Positions 47,247 through 50,037 of a stretch of 50,037 nt of DNA are shown here, piece after piece (position 1 is the stretch's first letter; the number at the start of each line of letters is the position of its first letter). The notes below the pieces were generated by a model. The model was not told the origin of the DNA. It made no database searches and saw nothing but the letters and a program-made list of their open reading frames with translations. A program made the translations under genes and the position numbers. The stretch is from assembly GCA_035625535.1 (NCBI GenBank), contig DASPPM010000004.1, positions 1-50,037 of the forward strand, given 5' to 3'. This DNA comes from Alphaproteobacteria bacterium. Lineage in GTDB: Bacteria > Pseudomonadota > Alphaproteobacteria > JACZXZ01.

Positions 47247-48094
47247 GTGCTGAAGGAACCTGCTGGGGCATATACCGCGAGTCCGCGCACTCGCCCGGGC
47301 GGGTCGAGGACGACGCGGCGATCATCGAGAGCGTGGCTGCCGAACTGGTGGAGCAGGGCTTCTCTGTCGAGCTCCTCGCGAGCGATGCCGCCGATGCTGC
47401 CCTCGAGACGCCTGGGGCTAACATCTTCACCATGTGCGAGCGCGGCGAGATCCTCGATCGTCTCAAGGAGGCGGTGCGGACCGGTGGCGTCGTGGTCAAC
47501 TCCCCGGATGCGATCCGCAACACCTATCGTCACCGCATGGTCGAGCTCTTCGCGCGGGCCGGCATACCGTCGCCGGCGAGCCACGTCCTCGCCACCAATG
47601 CAGCTGCCTCTCCGCCGCTCGCCTGCGCCTGGATCAAGCGCTATGACTTCCATGCGACGCAATCGGACGACGTCATGTATGCGGCGTCCGAGGAGGGTTG
47701 GCGCGTGGCGTTGGACCGTTTCGCCGGGCGCGGCATTCCCTTCGTCGTCGCCCAGCAGCATGTCGCCGGCGATCTCGTCAAATTCTACGGCGTGGCACGC
47801 GGTGCGGAGAGCACTGCGGGTTCCGCGTGGTTCGAATGGTTCTATCACCGTGACAAGGGCATGATCGGTCACGCATTCGAGGTCGAGAGGCTGCACGACG
47901 TGGCCTTTCGCGCCGCCGCGGCATTGGGGTTGGAGATTTTCGGCGGCGACGCCATCATCCAACGTGACGGGGCGCCGATGATCATCGACCTCAATGCCTG
48001 GCCGAGCTTCGCGCGCTATCGCCACGAGGCCGCGCGCGCGATCGCAACCCATCTCTCCGAGCGTTTTCAGCGGCGCTTGCGCGCCGTCAGCTGA
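47243..48094 (+). CDS. ATP-grasp fold protein; by eye closest to inositol-polyphosphate kinase (ITPK) / RimK-type enzymes
   Basis: The ATG overlaps the upstream stop (ATGA). Contains ...VVNSPDAIRNTYRHRMVELFARAGIPSP...WIKRYDFHAT...FVVAQQHVAGDLVKFYGV...LGLEIFGGDAIIQRDGAPMIIDLNAWPSF... Motif order is typical of ATP-grasp enzymes. Confidence 0.6.
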   Translation: MSAEGTCWGIYRESAHSPGRVEDDAAIIESVAAELVEQGFSVELLASDAADAALETPGANIFTMCERGEILDRLKEAVRTGGVVVNSPDAIRNTYRHRMVELFARAGIPSPASHVLATNAAASPPLACAWIKRYDFHATQSDDVMYAASEEGWRVALDRFAGRGIPFVVAQQHVAGDLVKFYGVARGAESTAGSAWFEWFYHRDKGMIGHAFEVERLHDVAFRAAAALGLEIFGGDAIIQRDGAPMIIDLNAWPSFARYRHEAARAIATHLSERFQRRLRAVS

Positions 48095-48108
48095 CGGGGA
48101 ATCGAGCC

Positions 48109-49482
48109 ATGAACGACGTCCGCCCACCGAACGAGGCACCCGGCCATGCCGTCGGCGAGCGCCGCGCCGTTCCCGGCCCGCGCTCCAAGGCCGTCTTCGA
48201 GCGCGAAGCCCGAACCATGGCGCCCGGCCTGCAATCGATAGCGCTCTTCTCGCAAATCGCGGTCGACCGCGCCAAGGGCTCGACGATCACCGACGTCGAC
48301 GGCAACGAATATCTCGACTTCGTCGCCGGGGTCGCCGTCGGCAGCCTCGGGCACTGCCATCCCCATTACCTCGAGCGCCTCAAGGAGCAGCTCGAGCGCG
48401 CCACCTTCGGCAGCTTCACGACCGAGACGCGCGCGCGCTTCCTCGAGCTCGTGGGCTCGGTCCTGCCCGAAGGGATCACGCACCTCCAGCTCTTCTCGGG
48501 CGGGGCCGAGGCGGTCGAGGCCGCCTTCCGCCTCGCCAAGTCGGTCACCAGGAAGTTCGAGTTCGTCGGATTCTGGGGCGGCTTTCACGGCAAGACCGCG
48601 GGCGTCATCGGCCTGCTCGGCGGCGGCTATCGCAACCACCAGGGACCGTTTCCGCCGGGCATGCATCTCTCGCCCTACGCCTATTGCTATCGCTGCCCGT
48701 GGCATCTCGAGTATCCGTCCTGCGGGCTCGCCTGTGCCGAGCATCTGCGCAACGTGATCAAGAACGATACCCAAAGCGAGGTCGCGGCCATCATCATGGA
48801 GCCGATGCAGGGTACCGCCGGCAACGTCATCCCGCCCGACGAGTTCGTTCTCGCCGCGCGCGGGATCGCCCAAGAGATCGGCGCGCTCTTCATCGCCGAC
48901 GAGACGCTGACCGGCTTCGGCCGCACGGGGACGATGTGGGCCTCGGAGCAATCCGGGCTGAGACCTGACGTGATGACGATGGGCAAAGGCATGGGCGGGG
49001 GCTTTCCGCTGAGCGGGGTCGCCTCCTCGCTCGAGCTCATGTCGGCCAAGCCCTTCGGCGAGCCGAGCGGCAGCTCGTCGAGCTACGGCGGCAATCCGCT
49101 CGCCGCGGCCGCGGGGCTCGCCGCGATCGAGGTCATCCTCAAGGAGAAGCTCGTCGAGAATTCGGCCCGCGTCGGCGCCAGGATGCTCGCGGCCCTCAAG
49201 GAGCTGCAAGACAAGTACCGCTTCATCGGCGACGTGCGGGGGCGCGGCCTGATGATCGGCGTCGAGATGGTCGCGGATCGCACGACGAAGGCGCCCTTGG
49301 ACAAGACCATCACCCGCGCTCTTTTCCACGAGGCGCTCGAGCGCGGCCTCGTCACCATGTCCTATTCGCACGTCATCCGCATCAACCCGCCCCTCGTCAT
49401 CACCGAGGACGAAGCCTTGCGCGGCGTCGACATCCTCGACCAGTCGTTCGCCGCCATTCAGCGCCGCTTCGGGCTCGATTGA
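48109..49482 (+). CDS. class-III pyridoxal-phosphate-dependent aminotransferase
   Basis: ...DVDGNEYLDFVAGVAVGSLGHCHP...FSGGAEAVEAAFRLAK...IMEPMQGTAGNVIPP...FIADETLTGFGRTGTMWA...TMGKGMGGGFPL (PLP lysine)... Confidence 0.88.
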   Translation: MNDVRPPNEAPGHAVGERRAVPGPRSKAVFEREARTMAPGLQSIALFSQIAVDRAKGSTITDVDGNEYLDFVAGVAVGSLGHCHPHYLERLKEQLERATFGSFTTETRARFLELVGSVLPEGITHLQLFSGGAEAVEAAFRLAKSVTRKFEFVGFWGGFHGKTAGVIGLLGGGYRNHQGPFPPGMHLSPYAYCYRCPWHLEYPSCGLACAEHLRNVIKNDTQSEVAAIIMEPMQGTAGNVIPPDEFVLAARGIAQEIGALFIADETLTGFGRTGTMWASEQSGLRPDVMTMGKGMGGGFPLSGVASSLELMSAKPFGEPSGSSSSYGGNPLAAAAGLAAIEVILKEKLVENSARVGARMLAALKELQDKYRFIGDVRGRGLMIGVEMVADRTTKAPLDKTITRALFHEALERGLVTMSYSHVIRINPPLVITEDEALRGVDILDQSFAAIQRRFGLD

Positions 49483-50037
49483 TGCAAGCACTCCCCCTGC
49501 GCGGGGCCTTCATCGGCTTCGGCGGCGTCGCCGCCAATGGGCATCTGCCCGGCTGGCGCGCGCGTAAAGACACAGCGATCGTCGCCGCGGTCGACGCCGC
49601 AGCTCAGCGCCGGCAAGCGTTCCTCGCGGCCTCTCCCGGTGCCCGTGTCTACGGGTCCGTCGAGGCACTCCTGGCCGGCGAGACCCTCGACTTCGTGGAC
49701 ATCTGTACGCCACCCGGCAGTCACGCGGGGCTGATCGCGCAGGCACTCGATGCCCGGCTCCATGTGCTCTGCGAAAAGCCCCTGACGACGCGGCTCGAGG
49801 ACGCCCGGAGGGTGGCCGCCGCGGCCGCGCGTGCCGGGCGCGTCGTGCACACCGTGCACAACTGGCTCGAGGCCCCGGTCTGCCTCCGCGTCTCGGCCCT
49901 CGTTTCCGAAGGGGCGATAGGAGCGGTGCGCGCGCTCCGCTGGCGCACCCTGCGGAGCGCCCCCGCGGCCGTCAGTGATGCCGCCGGCAATTGGCGCGTC
50001 GATCCGGCGCTGGCGGGCGGCGGCATCCTTTTCGACC
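49482..50037 (+). CDS. Gfo/Idh/MocA-family NAD(P)-dependent oxidoreductase, N-terminal 185 codons (continues past the right edge)
   Basis: Absent from the track because it is edge-truncated. My own translation from the ATG at 49482 (overlapping the upstream TGA by 1 nt): MQALPLRGAFIGFGGVAANGHLPGW...LDFVDICTPPGSHAGLIAQALDARLHVLCEKPL... It carries the Rossmann GxGxxA and EKP motifs of this family. Confidence 0.8.
   Translation, partial: MQALPLRGAFIGFGGVAANGHLPGWRARKDTAIVAAVDAAAQRRQAFLAASPGARVYGSVEALLAGETLDFVDICTPPGSHAGLIAQALDARLHVLCEKPLTTRLEDARRVAAAAARAGRVVHTVHNWLEAPVCLRVSALVSEGAIGAVRALRWRTLRSAPAAVSDAAGNWRVDPALAGGGILFD

Overview
High-GC chromosomal segment. Its gene content and synteny look alphaproteobacterial: carB/carA divergent from yqeY-dnaG-rpoD, a Ros/MucR regulator, and a FixK-type box. 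I call about 40 protein genes, one tRNA (CAU anticodon), several palindromic REP-like elements and a few operator or promoter candidates. No CRISPR array, IS element, integrase or prophage was seen. Layout by position: (1) 0-8 kb: carB (edge-truncated, absent from the ORF track), carA, yqeY, dnaG, rpoD, tRNA. (2) 8-16 kb, minus strand: CoA-transferase, a LIV-type ABC importer (livHMGF plus binding protein) and an Acs-family acyl-CoA synthetase. (3) 16-23.5 kb: YdjA-like nitroreductase, infA, orphan small proteins, a DEAD-box helicase, a 535-aa triple-repeat lipoprotein and a patatin-like lipase. (4) 23.8-28.8 kb: HpcH aldolase with a DUF1445 hydro-lyase, znuACB with a perfect Zur box, and mucR. 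(5) 29-33 kb: a second CoA-transferase, an MFS transporter and an EamA transporter. (6) 33-42.3 kb: acs, an MHS-type MFS transporter, usp, and a CrbR (LuxR-type RR) / CrbS (SLC5-PAS-HK-REC) pair, with a TTTCG(T/C)AGGG repeat array in the target promoter. (7) 42.5-44.2 kb: ettA. (8) 44.4 kb to the right edge: a tightly coupled operon of ino1, HAD, nucleotidyltransferase, ATP-grasp (ITPK-like by eye), class-III aminotransferase and Gfo/Idh/MocA oxidoreductase. I consider this operon the best candidate for an undescribed system, namely biosynthesis of an inositol-derived, possibly aminocyclitol, metabolite. All family assignments come from reading the translated ORFs and recalling motifs; no database search was run. 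Many long ORFs in the track are antisense shadow ORFs typical of high-GC DNA and were rejected.
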